Positions 12,391 to 26,466 of a stretch of 64,000 bases of DNA are shown one piece after another (position 1 is the stretch's first letter; the number at the start of each line of letters is the position of its first letter). Below the pieces are notes generated by a model. It saw only the letters and a list, made by a program, of their open reading frames with translations, did no database searches and was not told the origin of the DNA. Made by a program: the position numbers and the translations under genes. This stretch comes from Podarcis filfolensis (Eukaryota): the NCBI GenBank assembly GCA_964270895.1, contig OZ185440.1. One strand, written 5' to 3'.

Positions 12391-15139
12391 GGAGACTCAT
12401 AATCTATTTCTCATTTGGCTTCTAGGTTCTAGCATTGTTTTTGTAGCCTTGTTTTGTATTAAAAACAGCATAGCCTTGTCATTGTAACTAAGGTTTAATG
12501 TTCTTCACCACACTATTTTGCTGTTCACTCTCGGTTTCCTTTACGTTTTGATTATTCCAAGTTAAGGGACACCAAAGACAGGCCTAAAATCCCTGTGTGT
12601 TTTTTTTAAATAATTTTTTATTATATATTTTCTTGGTTTACAAAAGTACATGCCTTGTCTCTTTTTTCAAGTTGTACAGTCTTTTCTACAGATCAGTCAC
12701 ATTTGTTATGGGACATTAGTGTTGAATACAGAATAAGGTCAGGAAGAAGAGGAGTGTGTGTGAGAGAGATGGTTTTGCTAAGCCATTGTTCTTCCCTTCC
12801 CTTGCCTGCCTCCGCCTTCCTTGCTCACACACCCACTCCAGGTCTGTGAACAATTCCACCCTCCTCTCCAATATATCACCAAGCACCATTGCTGATTTCC
12901 TTGAAGCACCCTGTTCAAAACACAGCTCCATTTACTGAGAATTTTGAAGGACTCTGGTTATGAATAATCCTTGGACTACATTTTCTGTAAGATTGTGCTT
13001 TTTGGTTTATGATTTCTGAGACAGGAATATTGTTTGTTGTGAACGATTTAGATGGGTTTTTAAGAGGAAAGATTTGATGCAAGCCTCCTTGAATGTTTAC
13101 TTACTGCAAATAGGAAGTCAGAATATACATCTTTTAAGTGTAGTCCAAGCAGTGTTTCTTATCCAAGGAGACTACCGTCCTGTTGTGGCTTTATGATTCG
13201 TCTTTCCCCCAGCTCCTTGTCCCAGCTTTATAGGGCTGGAGCAGGGACAACACCAGTGCCTTGAAACTGGTCTATGTAGGCACTAAGAGAGTGTAGCATG
13301 CCATGTGTAAAACAGCCCACCCTCCTCTCAAGGCTGTAAGTAAGCACACAGTTGTACGTAAGCACACTTACATGGCAGTAAGCCCCATTGAGCATAGTGA
13401 GGCTTACTTCTGAGGAAGCATGCATAGGATTGTATTGTACGGCTGACTCACCTTCTGTAATGATTCCTGTTAAACAGGCTTCGCTTATAGGAGAAAATAG
13501 TGTTCCAGAGACAGCAGTTCATTAGGAGGACTTTCTGGAGAACTGCAATTGTGGCTCATTACTTCATAATGCTCCTTCCTGACTGGCAGATACTCCTTGC
13601 CCTATTGGCACAGAATATCCCTGACATTTCTTTTCTGGCTCCTTTCCTTAATTGATTTCTCTGGGTTTTGATATGCTGCGTTTTGATGCATTGCCTTCCA
13701 TATTCTCCTAGTCATTGTTAGAGGATGACTAATTCCCTCCCCTCCCCCCTCTCTCCTACGCCATTAATTTTTGTGGTCTCTTCTCTGCTGTGTCTTCACT
13801 CTGTCCTTGTACTCATAAAAAGGTAAACAGAGACCTTAAGCAGATGAAGCCCTGGTTGGTCTCTGTCCCTGGTGGCTTATAGCCTTCGTATTTCTCTCTG
13901 TTCAAGTCAGGCATTCATCGCTGCTGGAGCTCAATGTCAGGGCAGATGTCTTGATCAGAAGATTTGACTGTAAAGTAGTTTGGAGGGTTTTCAGCCTTAA
14001 TACTTGCTTGCTCCCCCCCCCCAAAAAAAAAATCATGGATGCTTTTCCCATTTCTTGCAATAGTCTCCCAATTGCAAGACAAGGCAATACAAAGTATATA
14101 TATTTTGTTTTTTTTTTAGAGAAGAAAAGAAGTGTAGCATGCCCAGGAGTTTTACCCAGAAACTGTAGCAGAGCATTTCATTTCACATTTAATTTGTATA
14201 CCGCCTTTCTATTTTACTATACCCAAGGTGGTTTAAAAGCTGAAGAAACAAAGAATGTACACCTTGTAACAATCTAATCCAATACAAAAATGTAGTGATA
14301 AAACAACTTTAAAATAAGCAACCAGTATCAATTAAAGTAATATTCAACAATCCATTAGAATAGTATAGAATATTAAATATCAGCATATCAAAATTAAACA
14401 GAAATCTTAACAATTACAATAAATAATTTCTAAATTATAATCAATAAAAGCAATGGCAAGTCAGAGTGCATAAAACAGTACAATACAAATTGAGAAGCAG
14501 AGTCTGGAGGGTGGGGTAAGGCAGGTGGAAAAGGCCTTGCCTGATGGACGGCTCTCCCCTCACAGTTCTTCCTCTAAGCACAGGGATGGAAAGGACTTTT
14601 CTAGCAGAAAGCTAAGCTGCAAACTCCTAAGACCCAGCTAGCTACAGTATATAAAGGCAGAGCTGAAGATCAAGTTATCTTTATGGAAAACAATTATGTG
14701 AAATCTAGCAAGTTTTGGAGCCCCAGATGCACAGAACTTATGTTTTGTTGATTTTGGCAAAAGTGGCAAGGGCCAAACTTTGTCATATTTCCACAAGTCC
14801 TTTAAATTTTGTGTGTAGCATTTCTTTGTACAACATTACAAGATTTCTATATCTTCATTTGTAGTATTAGCATTCTGGGAGGGTTACACAAATCTGTGCA
14901 TGAGAGAGAGGTGGGGGGGGGGGAGAAGAGAATGACTCACTATTCCCACAGGCTCAGATGAAGGAAAAGGCGAGTTCTTAAAAAGTCTAATTGAACCTTA
15001 AAGCAGTGGGAACGCTCTTTTGTCCCACCCAATCTACTCCTGTCCTTCTTTCCCTTAGTCCTAACCATCCCTAAAATATCCATCTCTATTTTCTCAGTTC
15101 CGTAGTTAGCTCCTGGAAACACAATACAGTCAAAGCACA

Positions 15140-15290
15140 TCCAACATACATTTAAAACATGTCACTTCCCCAAGGAATCATGGAAACTGTAGTTTGTCAC
15201 TGGTGCTGGGAATTGTAGCTCTGTGGTGGGAAAACTACAGTTTCCAGGGACTTGGGGAACCATGTGATGGGAAGGTGTATTTAGTTGTCA
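15140..15290. repeat. Palindromic squamate MITE-like repeat (second copy at about 35895-36040)
   Basis: Arms ttccccaagg...ggaaactgtagttt and aaactacagtttccagggacttggggaa. Confidence 0.6.
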
Positions 15291-16023
15291 TGTATTGTCA
15301 GATGATTGGCAGGTGGGAGGCTGCACCCACATGTCATAGTTGGGCTGTGGGGTCTAGGAGACGGAAGCATCCAGTCCTCCGGCCAGAGCCAGCTCCTTAC
15401 CCCTTGTGTGTCTGAAGGCTCTCTCTCATAGGTGAAATGTTCCCACCTGTTACCTTCCCTTCCCCCTCAGCTTCCAGACAGCACTTGTCCCATTGCAACC
15501 ACAAATAAGAAACCGGAATCTGTTTCAACTTGGGCTTCAAGTTATCTGTTTCAAGTTATGCAATTTTTAATGCAGTTTTAATGTTTAGGGTGAGATAGAA
15601 TCATTTTATTCTTTTGTTGTTCTTTTCTATTCTCATCCACGTTGAATATCCCCAAACAAAAAAAGGGAGAGGGATTTAAAAAATAAGTAAATATACGTGT
15701 TTTAATGTGGGTGTCCAGATACCGTTAGCATGCACTGGGATTGGGTACTCCATTGTCTCTTTCTCCAAACTCTAACCAAACCAGTTTTTGTAGTTCTTTA
15801 TAAATCATGAACAGAATTTCCCACATTAGCGCCTAATTTTACTAGACCTTTCAATCCGAGTACTAGGTGGAAGTCTGAATGTTATGTGTCCTGCCGGTGA
15901 ATGTTCTGTGAATATCATTCACCATTGTAAACAGCAAGACAGGGGAACTTTTTCTGAGACATTGTAGGGGAGAACCTAGGAATCTGTCTTATACCTTTGG
16001 ATTAATAGTCCACCTATTGTTGG

Positions 16024-16152
16024 TACTGACTGGTAGCAGATTTCCAGGATTTTAGGCAAGAGTCTTTTTCTGCCCTACCTATAGATTTCAGGGAATGAAT
16101 TGGGAATCTTCTGCATGCAAACCATTTGATCCACCACTGAGCCTTGCCCCTT
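16024..16152 (-). mobile_element. tRNA-Ala-derived SINE, 5' part
   Basis: Reverse complement resembles the copies at 37098, 46828 and 49541. Confidence 0.55.
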
Positions 16153-16550
16153 CCCTCTATTATCTCCTGTGCTGGCATTTTTGACCCAGGTGGGATTAGA
16201 ACCACCAACTTGCTCAAGGCAGGGATTTAGGAACATTTATTTCTGGTGTTCCCAGAAGCTGCTTCAGTTTTCAAGTTTCTGCCTAAAGTTCATCACAGCA
16301 GCACTGGAGATAGTTTCTGCATTCCCTGCTAAGGCTTGTATTGTTCAACACTTCAGCTCTCTAATCCTTCCATACTGGATTACCAAGACCACTCCTTTAA
16401 ACTAAATATTAAATACCTCTGAAGCACCTCTTTTTATTTCATCTTAGATATCCTGTAGATATGTGGAAAGTATGTCAGCATTTGGCCTGAGATATCTAAA
16501 ACACAGGATTTGTCAGTGTTATTTGGGTACACCTTCATATCAGAATAACT

Positions 16551-16582
<32 letters not shown>

Positions 16583-16797
16583 TTATATCCCACTTCTTTC
16601 TCCAAGAAGCTCAAGGTTGTTTACATGGTTCTCTCACTCCACATTTAAGCCCAACAACAACCCTGTGAGGTAGACTAGGCTGGGAGGCACTGGCAGGTCC
16701 GTGGTCACCCAGGGAGCTTCCTGGCCAAGTGAGGATTTGAACCCTGGTCTCCCAGCTTCTAGTCGAACACAATAACTGCTACACTACACTGGCTCTC
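16551..16797 (-). mobile_element. Squam3/MIR-like SINE with (ATG)n tail
   Basis: Reverse complement begins gagagccagtgtagtgtagc, includes the core cctcacagggttgttgt and ends in the microsatellite at 16551-16582. Confidence 0.8.
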
Positions 16798-17380
16798 TTC
16801 TTATTTCATAGGAAAGATTACATGTAGGTCAATTTCTGAGAGATATCCTCAAGTCACAAAGCTCTGCTTTTGTCCCAAGTCCCAAAATGGGCGCTGATGA
16901 TAATTTATCATGGTACTAACATATTCTCATGAAACATGGCTGACATAGTCCACATTTCTCACCCACCTCCACCTCATCTCCAAAATTATCCAAGTAGCCT
17001 TGCAAGGTTACTGTACCTCTCATACAAATCATAGCAAAACAGCAAGAATCGTACTACTGCAACAAAACACAACTCCACCCAACCAATCTAAACCTGTTTT
17101 TATATCCCTGAATCTGATAAGTTGATCCTTAAAAGTCAAGGTGATAATCCCTTAAAATCAGGTTTTAAAACTGAAAATTGAAAGTGTTCAAATTGTAAAA
17201 CGAAGTCAAATTTGAATTATATTTCTTCCCACCTGATATTGAAGGGTTGGTGGTGTCAACAAATTCCTAGCCAGATGGCAATCCTGGCACATTAAGACTG
17301 CAGTCCTATGCACACTTGCCTGAGAGAATGTCCCCTGGCAATCAATGGGGAATGCTAAGCAGGCATAAATCAGAGTACAC

Positions 17381-17516
17381 CAGGGGAAGTCAACATGGTG
17401 TCATCCAGATGTTTTGAACTACAGTTCCCATTAACCCCAGACAGCATGGCCAGTGGTCAGGGATGATGGGAGTAGTGATCCATACTATTTTGGGGGCACC
17501 AGGTTGGCTAGTTCTG
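17381..17516. mobile_element. 136-bp hAT MITE (family A), degenerate
   Basis: ccagatgttttgaactacagttcccat...gggatgatgggagt core; TSD not retained. Confidence 0.65.
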
Positions 17517-20171
17517 CAAGATGTCTTTTCCTAAGCTCTTCTTTTTAAAGAAACCTTTTCACATTCTTCAATAAAGTTGATGCCTTATAGCTGTTGAGGA
17601 AGCCAGAAGCCAGGAGGCATCTATCAGTAGCTGAATTTGATCAGCAGTCAGTATCCATTAAGGAATTAAGAAATCAGTTACCTATAGTACGGAGTGAGCA
17701 ACGCCAAAAATAAGTCATGGATGCATCTTGGAACTATTTTATGCGTCGAAAAACAACTATAATACATAGCCAAGGAGAGTTAACAAACAGCTTTAGGTTC
17801 TGCCATTCCAGCCAGAAAAACAGTCACCAGGAGCCTGCCAAATGACAGCAGCAAAGAACAGCTGAGGGTCTTGTGAAGAAAGGCAGTGTTGCTAGCATAA
17901 CATTAAGCAAGGAGCACAGAAGCTACATCCCTTTTATTCCCAAATTCATTGTAGAGGCATCCTGCGCACTTATAAAATTAAGACCTTACACTCTTCAGAT
18001 CCAACCCATCACACATCAGTCAATTATTCAGAATAACTCGGTGTCATGTGAATTTTATTAATATCAAAATTATTATCTCTCACTCACACACATGTCGTCC
18101 AGAGGGCAATCACTGTTGACTCTGCCAACATGTTGGCAAATCATCATGATGGTTCTATACAGAAACTAATGCCAAGGCCATCTCCTTGTGGATTTGCTAA
18201 AGCCAGAGCTGTCTCCCACAATGTCTAGTTCCTCAATACATTTAACAGCACAAGTCCTGTTGATTTTAATAGGACTAGCTTCCCATTACAGGAGGTGGGC
18301 TTGGACTTGGGGTGCTACACTTTACCATATTTACTGAGGAAAAACATAAGCTTGTTATCTGTTGGATAATCATAGTTTAGACATTAACCTGCAGGAGAGG
18401 CAAACTGCTTCCATATGGTGGCATTTCTGAAATTACCATTCCATATGGCACATTTTCAGTTAGGAGGCAATACTAGAAGCCTCACTTCCACCTATGCATC
18501 ACAATGCAGAGAGGTATCTCAGTGTCCATCCTCATCCAGTCTGGAACTGATTCCCAATTCAACAAAGAAATCAGTGTGTGGAAGCAGCTTCCATATGTGT
18601 TATCCCTCTTGTTGAACTTGGGCAATAGTTACTGTAACATATCTATAGATGTGATAAGGGTTATGATGAATTATTAGGCTTGTAGTGATGTTTGCTAAAA
18701 TAGCTTTGATATGTGGTTTAGATTAATCATTCTGATGACTTTGAAGACACTATATCTTTGGGCAACAGTGATGAGCACTGAAAGGAAAGCAATGTTGTCC
18801 CATGTTTCAGAGCTTGGATTGGCTTATGATTGATATTGGAATGCTTTCTTCAATAGTCAAATACACAGGGTGATACAACTAGGTTTTTTAAAAAAACAAA
18901 TAAATAAATAGCTTTTGGAAATTGAAGAATGAGATTTTAAAACCACCATTGATTCTTTTAAGGCTTGCAGGATTGCCATCATTTTATTATCCCAGGTCTT
19001 GGGCTGTCCTTTATGGGAGAACTATTTCTTGACCTGTTTTGAACTGTCCTTCCTGGAGGCTTATCCACACTTCTCTTTGCCCTGCCACTTTCCCCTGGGA
19101 AAAGCTGCAGTTTAGCACTGAAACAGAGTAAACAGCAGCTGGGTTCTCTGTGGATTGCCATTTGCTCTGATTTATCACTAAAGAATAGGTTTTCCATGGG
19201 AATGCAGCTAGGCAAGGGTAAAACCACTCAGATCTGTGTCTGGAAAGCACAGGACAAGCAGAAGACAGCTCAGACCCAAGCTTTCTAAGCACAGGACAAG
19301 CAGGTGTCGACAAGCCCCTAGGTTTACTTGTTGGTTGTTTATTTGTGTGCTTACTCTACAGATTTGGCCGGATTTCAGTTTGCAGGCATCTAATCAAATT
19401 AATTTGCGAAAATTCAGACATGATTGACTAGGGTCAGTCAAATTTGCCAGTATGTAGAGTGGCTGTTGAAGAGGATCTTAATGATGCCAGGCTACTTCTA
19501 GCACTCGTTTGATTGTGAATTTGAGCTGGGAACTGAGCTCTTGCATTCTGCTACTGCATCGCCCCAGGCCCTTTCACATGAGTGAGAGGAAACCCAAGAA
19601 AGAGTTTTCCAGCCATGTGATCCTTTCTTTTGGGGGAGAGGGAGGGAGCAGAGAGGCTTTCACTTTCAGCAGCGGACATGCCTTGAAACTGCAGTCAAAG
19701 GGCAAATTTTCAAGGGTAATGCTCAGCACTTGCTCCACATACATTAGTGTTCTGTTGTGACCACATCCCATCATGTAGTTGAACAATGAATCAGTAAAGC
19801 CCAAACCCCCAGTCCTAGACCAGCCATTAATGAACATACCACAGCCCTACAGGGTATTGGCAGTAGCGAGCAAATAGAAAATGGTTGGGCTTATGCCATA
19901 TACTCTCTACCGCATAAGATAACAAGTTGTGCTTTCACCTATGTAAAACAAATGTTCCAATTATAGTATTGCTAAAGGATATGAGTAACACATCTCTAAC
20001 TCAGCAAAGAGTTGCGGTGCAAAACCTTTTGGGCTATTGTGTAAATTGTGAATAACAACGTAAGATAATAAAATATTTGTGCCTACAGGAGAATCCTGAT
20101 TTGTTGCAATCAGAAGCTGGTGTTGTTTATCTCTGCTCACAAAAATCCTAACTGAAAAATTGTCATTTCTT

Positions 20172-20346
20172 AGATTTACATCCTGCCTTCCTCCAAGCAG
20201 TTCAAGGCAGCCTACACAGTTCCCTCCCTCCTTATTTTGGATCTCAAAACAACCCACTGAGGTAGGTTAGTGAGCAGAGAGTTAGTGAGCAGGGATTGGA
20301 CACGGATCTCGCCAGTCCAACACTCAAACCACTACAGTACGCTGGT
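20172..20346 (-). mobile_element. Squam3/MIR-like SINE with internal deletion
   Basis: Shares acaaccc...tgaggtaggttag and ccaacactcaaaccactac with the copies at 16.6 kb and 36.1 kb. Confidence 0.6.
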
Positions 20347-23300
20347 GCATAAAATACAATTTCATTTGTGCTTTAAGAGAAGCAGGTTTGGGAGTTGTCC
20401 AAGATTTTCAAGGAGGTTTCCATTTTGCCAGTTGTAGTAATCGGGTATTTTGCCTGAAACACTAAAACTGGCAGATTCCAGCAGCAGCTCTGGTTTGAGC
20501 CCTTTGAAATGTAAGGGACTTTGGAATCTGGGGCTTTGATCCATTTCTGGCAGTGTTCATCACCATCAGTTGCAAATAATAGTAGTTTATTATTAGTAAA
20601 GTAGCGGGCAAATGATTGGCTGTTACTATTTTGAGAATAAGGAAACAGAGATGGAAACGGCATCAATTATTTCATGGCCTTTACAAACAAGAGAGGTAGA
20701 ATAGGAATCTGGTGCCTTTGTACTCTTTTGCAACATCTCTTTCTTGTTAGCAAATGAACTTTTGCATGGCACAAGCCCTTGTACCCCTTCTTCAACCACT
20801 TCAGCAGCATTGGAATAGCCCAGTTATTATGGGATGCTGCAGCTGCAGCAAAGGACAAGACTCCTGCCCAAGTCTTCTGCTGGTCCCCAGACTGGAGGGG
20901 TTTAAATGACACTCATCCACTCTGGTTTAATAGATTGCATAGCCATCATTGCTGGAGACAGCCTCACATCTCATCCTGTTAATACCCTCTCCCTGGTTGT
21001 AGGCTGGAGGCTGATGAAGGGAGGGAGGGGAGAAGCACGGTACTGCCAAGCCCTGTAGCCCTGCAGGGTGATGAGCGAGGGCTTTCCTCCTGCTTGTCAG
21101 AGCAAATCAGAAGAACTCAAAGTGGGTGCACGTGTGAACTTCGTGAGGAGCAAGGGAACGTGAGCAGAGATGCAGGGTGGTACTGATGAGAAAAGGCAAG
21201 GTGATAGGGAAAGCTGAGGGCTTGGCCTGACACAGGTGCGCTTGCCTCCCCAGGGAATGTTGAGCATGCATGTGTGTGAGCGACAGTGAAAGGCAGAGGA
21301 GAGATGCAGTCCTGGCTGTCTGGCAGAATGAGGAGGCATTGTTAGCTTTGGGGGTAAAAGAGCATTGGGATGTGATAAGAAGCGGTCCAGAAAAGTTAGC
21401 TGTGTTAGCGGCGGCGCTTTTGGGGATGAAAACACTCGCAATACAATGTTTAATGTTTGAAAGAGAAAAGTGTCGGAGCTCAAGTAGGCCTCGAAGCCAC
21501 AAGCTCTGAAGAAGCATGACACATGCATGCATGCTTGCATGCACAAACATGCAGCCTGCTTGTGGTTACTCAGTGGTGTGAGGAAGGCGCACTTGCAGAT
21601 GCTTAGAAGCCATCTCATCTTCACTCTTGCACTTCCTAATCCAGAGCTGAGCCTTGATCTTGCAAACGGCTTCTGGGAGTGAGGCCCATCTCACAGCACT
21701 GCTGTCACCTTTAAAGACCCATATTTATCATTCTGTGGGTCAGAAGTAGTTTTGTGTGTGCTAAAGGGAATAGAACTTAATACCATTACTACGGCTGCAA
21801 CATTTAAACAGCACAATCCTATACTGAGGTAAATCTGGCTGGATTCATTCCCACCTAAGTGTACATAGGGATTGCAGTACCAGTTAGATTAATCAGTTAA
21901 AGCCTTCTTGATCAACTGAAAAGGTGTCCCCAATTAACTGGGTAATACATTTTTTAAAGTGCCTTATTTTTTAACTTAAAGATGTCTAGGAATTGCAACT
22001 GGCATGTGCCAAGCTGGAAAAGGTTTTTGAAGGGTGGGTGCCTCTTTTAAGATGGCGCCTGCTGCAGAAGTGTATACAAGCCCTGCCTGAAAACAAAGTC
22101 TGTTTTGAAATTCACAATCTTTATTCCACTTCCCCCTCCATTATTATTGTTATTGTCGCAAATATAACAGGAGGGGGGAAACAACAACGTTGTCAGCTGA
22201 CTTTGATCCTGGCTTAAGTTATTATAGGCAGCCCATTTGTCCAAATAAGATGGGTAGTCATAAGATGGGTCATCATAAGATATCCATTCAAGCACAGAAA
22301 GGTCAGTGAGAGATTAAACTACTATGTAGTAGATAGTGGTGTTTATCCTCCCAGCTTTGAAATATAGCTTGTTCTCTGCAACTACAAAGGCTCACAGGGT
22401 CTGTCCACATTTATTGTCTCTCTGTTAGTCTCCAACCCACAGGATTATAAATGCATCGACACCTGCAAGTATCAAACATTTTTTCCAAAACGAAGTTACT
22501 GTAAAGAATTTTAATTTTTTTATCAGAAAGAACACACCGCAGGAAACTTCTAACGCTAATAGCCTGAGATTTCTTTGACTGAGTGACAACCCTAATTGGT
22601 ACTAAAAGCTTCCTGGTTAGAGGATGCCTTGTAAAAGCCAGAACCAGAATTGTCAGGATTGCGTGAATTCTGTATTAAAAATAATAATAACCAACAGTCT
22701 GCCCCGTGTAGCTCAAATTCTGTATTTTATGCGGTGGCTTGTTTTACACAAAATAAATATGTTGGCTTGTAATTGTGAACCTGCTCTCTCCACCCTGCTC
22801 CTGTGCTTTAACAGCGGCATGGCAAATAGAAATGGAGCAACAGAAGCTTTGCCTGGCATATGGCATAGAGTGAAAATAGTTGTTTGATTTCTGTGTCATG
22901 CTGATATTAAAAATGAAAGGAGGAGAGCTAGAAAGATCCTGAATTTTTAATCTAATGCCAAGTTTTGGACTTGTTGTATGCTCGTGTTAGCCTTATAGTC
23001 AGGCATTAGCTTGGTAGCAATAGATGAGAAGGAATTACAGGCAGACAAGTGCAGGGAATTTAATGTAGCTAGTAAAGATTTTTTTTTCCAGGCTGGTAAC
23101 TTTTGTGGACTGATTTACAAGGCAGGTTTCCACAGTCCTGTAAAGTACACATTGCCCCTGTTACACAATTGGTTGCTCTCTTTGGGAAAATCACTGTTCT
23201 TTGTTAATTGGAATATTTGTCCAGTTTAATATATGCAAGCAAAGAGTTTAATATAGTTTGCATTTAACATATGCAAGCCACTGTCAGAGAATGAACTTGA

Positions 23301-24275
23301 GCAAACAAAAAAGAAAGCCACTCACTGCATCCGCCAAAACAGATTTCAGGTCTAACCAACTAGCAATCCTCTTAAGCGGTCACAAACGTCTGAACGAACA
23401 AATCATTTTTTCTCTCAGGTTTCTTCGGAGTGGACATGATGAGCGAGCAGCCACAATATATTAATATGTGCTTTGTAAAAGACAAATTGTGCCAAGACAA
23501 ATGGACTAACCAATGGTTTCAATTAAATGCATGTTTGTATTTATAGTGTTGACTTTAGCTAAAGTCTTGTGCGGTGTTCCTTTTAACTGGATAAGAAACC
23601 TAATTATATTGTAATAACCCATGGATAGTGAGAATGGATGTATGTTTTTGTTCTCTCAGAAAGCTACTCCTAATGTCTTTGATTAAGGCTTCTGTGAGGT
23701 TCAGAACAACCATGTTATTTCTTTCTTGTTTGGGGTGCTTAGAGAAGACATATTGAGCCTTGTAGACACATAACTTTTCCTGTGGTGGTATTTTTTATAA
23801 TCACTCTCCCCCTCAAATCTTCATCACATTGACACTCAAACATGAGGTTGAGACCATTTCAGAGAAATTGGCCTGGTTTGCACAACATAGTAAGCCAAAT
23901 TATGGCTTACTGGGACTACACAAATGTGTGGGCTCCCAGAAAGGAGCTCACTGCTGTTTTCTCGCCTCACTAATCATGAGCTGTAGCTTGTCATTAATTA
24001 TAGTGAAGCAACCACCTTGGGCAATGAGGTGTTGGATGACCCAATGCTAGGGGACTGGGAGAGACAGCAGCAAGGTGTTGGATGACAGAGCGAGCTGAGT
24101 GTGGCCTGGCCTGCACCCCCTAAGCAGCTGCTGCCCTCAGGAGACTTTGTTCCATCACCCATGTTGAAGTAAGATTCAATAGTCTGTATGGGCAGCTTCT
24201 GGGTGTAAAGGAGGAGCAGGCACCATCTCATCCTTCAGGCAGCAAAATGTTCAGGTCCAGCTCTGCACACAATTA

Positions 24276-24501
24276 CAGTGGTACCTCGGGTTAAGAACTT
24301 AATTCGTTCCAGAGGTCTGTTCTTAACCTGAAACTGTTCTTAACCTGAAGCACCACTTTAGCTAATGGGGCCTCCTGCTGCCGCCGTGCCGCCGGAGTAC
24401 GATTTCTGTTCTCATCCTGAAGCAAAGTTCTTAACCTGAGGTAATATTTCTGGGTTAGCGGAGTCTCTAACCTGAAGCGTATGTAACCCGAGGTACCACT
24501 G
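24276..24501. mobile_element. Tc1/mariner (Tigger/pogo-like) MITE, 226 bp
   Basis: Perfect 18-bp TIR cagtggtacctcgggtta / taacccgaggtaccactg flanked by TA on both sides. Confidence 0.9.
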
Positions 24502-26318
24502 TAGTCTCTTTATCACTCATTTACACCTTCCTTAAATGGGCCTGTGTCTAGTCTCTTTGGATGTTTTTAACAGGATCCTAAAGGATCATTTGTCATTTTA
24601 TATTTTTATATGTACTGTGTTTTTTCTGATTATTCTGATACTTTGTTTTCTGTTTGCTCTTAGTCATTTTGGGTTCCCTCAGGAAGACAAAGTGGGATAT
24701 AAGCCATTTAAAGTGGAAGGAAATGAAAATGGAATGGAAAAGTTGCATTTTTATCAGGATACCCTCTTAACAGCTGTGCTAGGGCTTGTCCTGCTAATGT
24801 ACATAGAACTACAGAATAGCCCACAGCCATAACGTGTGATTTTTCTCCTCTATGATCATTTCCCAAAGTAGGCATCAGCTTGCTCAAAGAATCCTATCAG
24901 AGAGGAAAGCAGGAAGACCCAAAGGAACTGTAGGCATCTGTCTATAACATCAGTTCCTTGATAATGGATCCATCCTAGGTCCCGGGGGCATTTATGAGAT
25001 AGCCAATCTGTCTTTGACTATTAGTAGATGTTCTTTCATGCAGCTTCCTGCACTATCCTAGTGGATAGGAGCATTTGCAGCAGGGCATCCATCAGCAGAC
25101 TGTTTCACTGCCACCAAGTCAGCTCTGAAATGATATCCCAAGAAAAGAGGCAAATACCGGTCTTGCCCCTCTTTCTGAATTTAGGTCCTGGTTTATCTAT
25201 CCATCTGTGGATGTAGTGCAGAATCTGGGGGCTTCTTTGTGCCTTTGTGTGAACATGGTAAACAGGCATTTGAAACTTTGTGTGTCTTATGGAGAACAGG
25301 TACCCTTATCAGAGAGCAAAGATTGACTTTGGTTCCCTTTTGAATGGATGCTTGACGGTGAAATCTAATATGTTGCTATGTAGTGTGTAAAACAGATCTA
25401 AGAAAACATCTTATCCAGACAGAATCTCCTACATGGAAGTTATTTTATGCAGGAAATTGTTTGAATCTCATGTGCAATTTGCAACCCATGGCAAATGTTT
25501 ACATGGCCACATGTGATAAACTGCATGCAGGACTTGAGCTATTTATTTACTACATGAATAAGACTTCAGCTTCTGTGGAACATCCTCAAAACTGTTACTG
25601 GATCTGCCAATACAGGATAATCATGACAGTACACAACTAACACACCTTTTGCACAGAATATCATCATCTGCACTGTAGACTTTGCAGCCTAAAAGAGTAT
25701 GGCAAAACCTTTTATTGAATTCCAGTCATATGGAGCTGGGAAAAGGATAAAGAAAAATTCTCTTTGAGCAGATATGTTGGCTTGTTTATCATTTCCAGCA
25801 AATTCCTCATTACCTTTACTAGATGAGTAACTGTAAGTGGTTTATGTGGCTGCTCAACCATAGAACTGCCTTCAAGGCAGCAGCCTCCATACCATGATCA
25901 GCTGAATTTGCAGAGAGAAGAATCTTATAATTGGCAGGCTGAAATAATGGACTATTGAATTTGGCCTGCAAAACGTTGGCAAAGAGACTGGCAAACAAAA
26001 AATAGACAAGATGCTAGATATTTTCAGGCAGCCTACTAGAAATGCAGGTACAGCTCTCCCCTGAAAATCTGCACTGGTATTGGAGAAATGAGTTGTTTTT
26101 AATGAGTTGTGTGGATAAAGGGAAATAGAAAATATTCTCAATCGGGTTTGCAAGATCAATATTTCAAAGATAGGGACACTTTTGTGGAAGTATGTGCTAA
26201 TCAAGATGTGGGCTGTTTCGTGTGGCAAATTTATGAGTGAATTTTGTGTTGGTAAATTTATTTCTTTAGTACATATATCTCACTTTTTTCCCACCATGGC
26301 ACTCACATTGGTATAGGT

Positions 26319-26466
26319 CACAGCTTTTCAAACTGTGTGTCCGTGACACATTAGTGTGTCGGCTACAGTGTGTAGGTGTGTTGTATGAACGCTCCCCACA
26401 CTCCTCCCAGGGCTGGAAAGGGGACTAAAAAGTGTGTCGCCAACATGAAAAGTTTGGAAAGCTCTG
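26319..26466. mobile_element. hAT MITE, 148 bp
   Basis: Exact 8-bp TSD gtataggt; TIR cacagcttttcaaact / agtttggaaagctctg. Confidence 0.88.

Noticed and set aside
23436-23560. Box C (ATGATGA) of a possible intronic C/D snoRNA
   Set aside because: No CTGA D box or terminal stem at a suitable distance.
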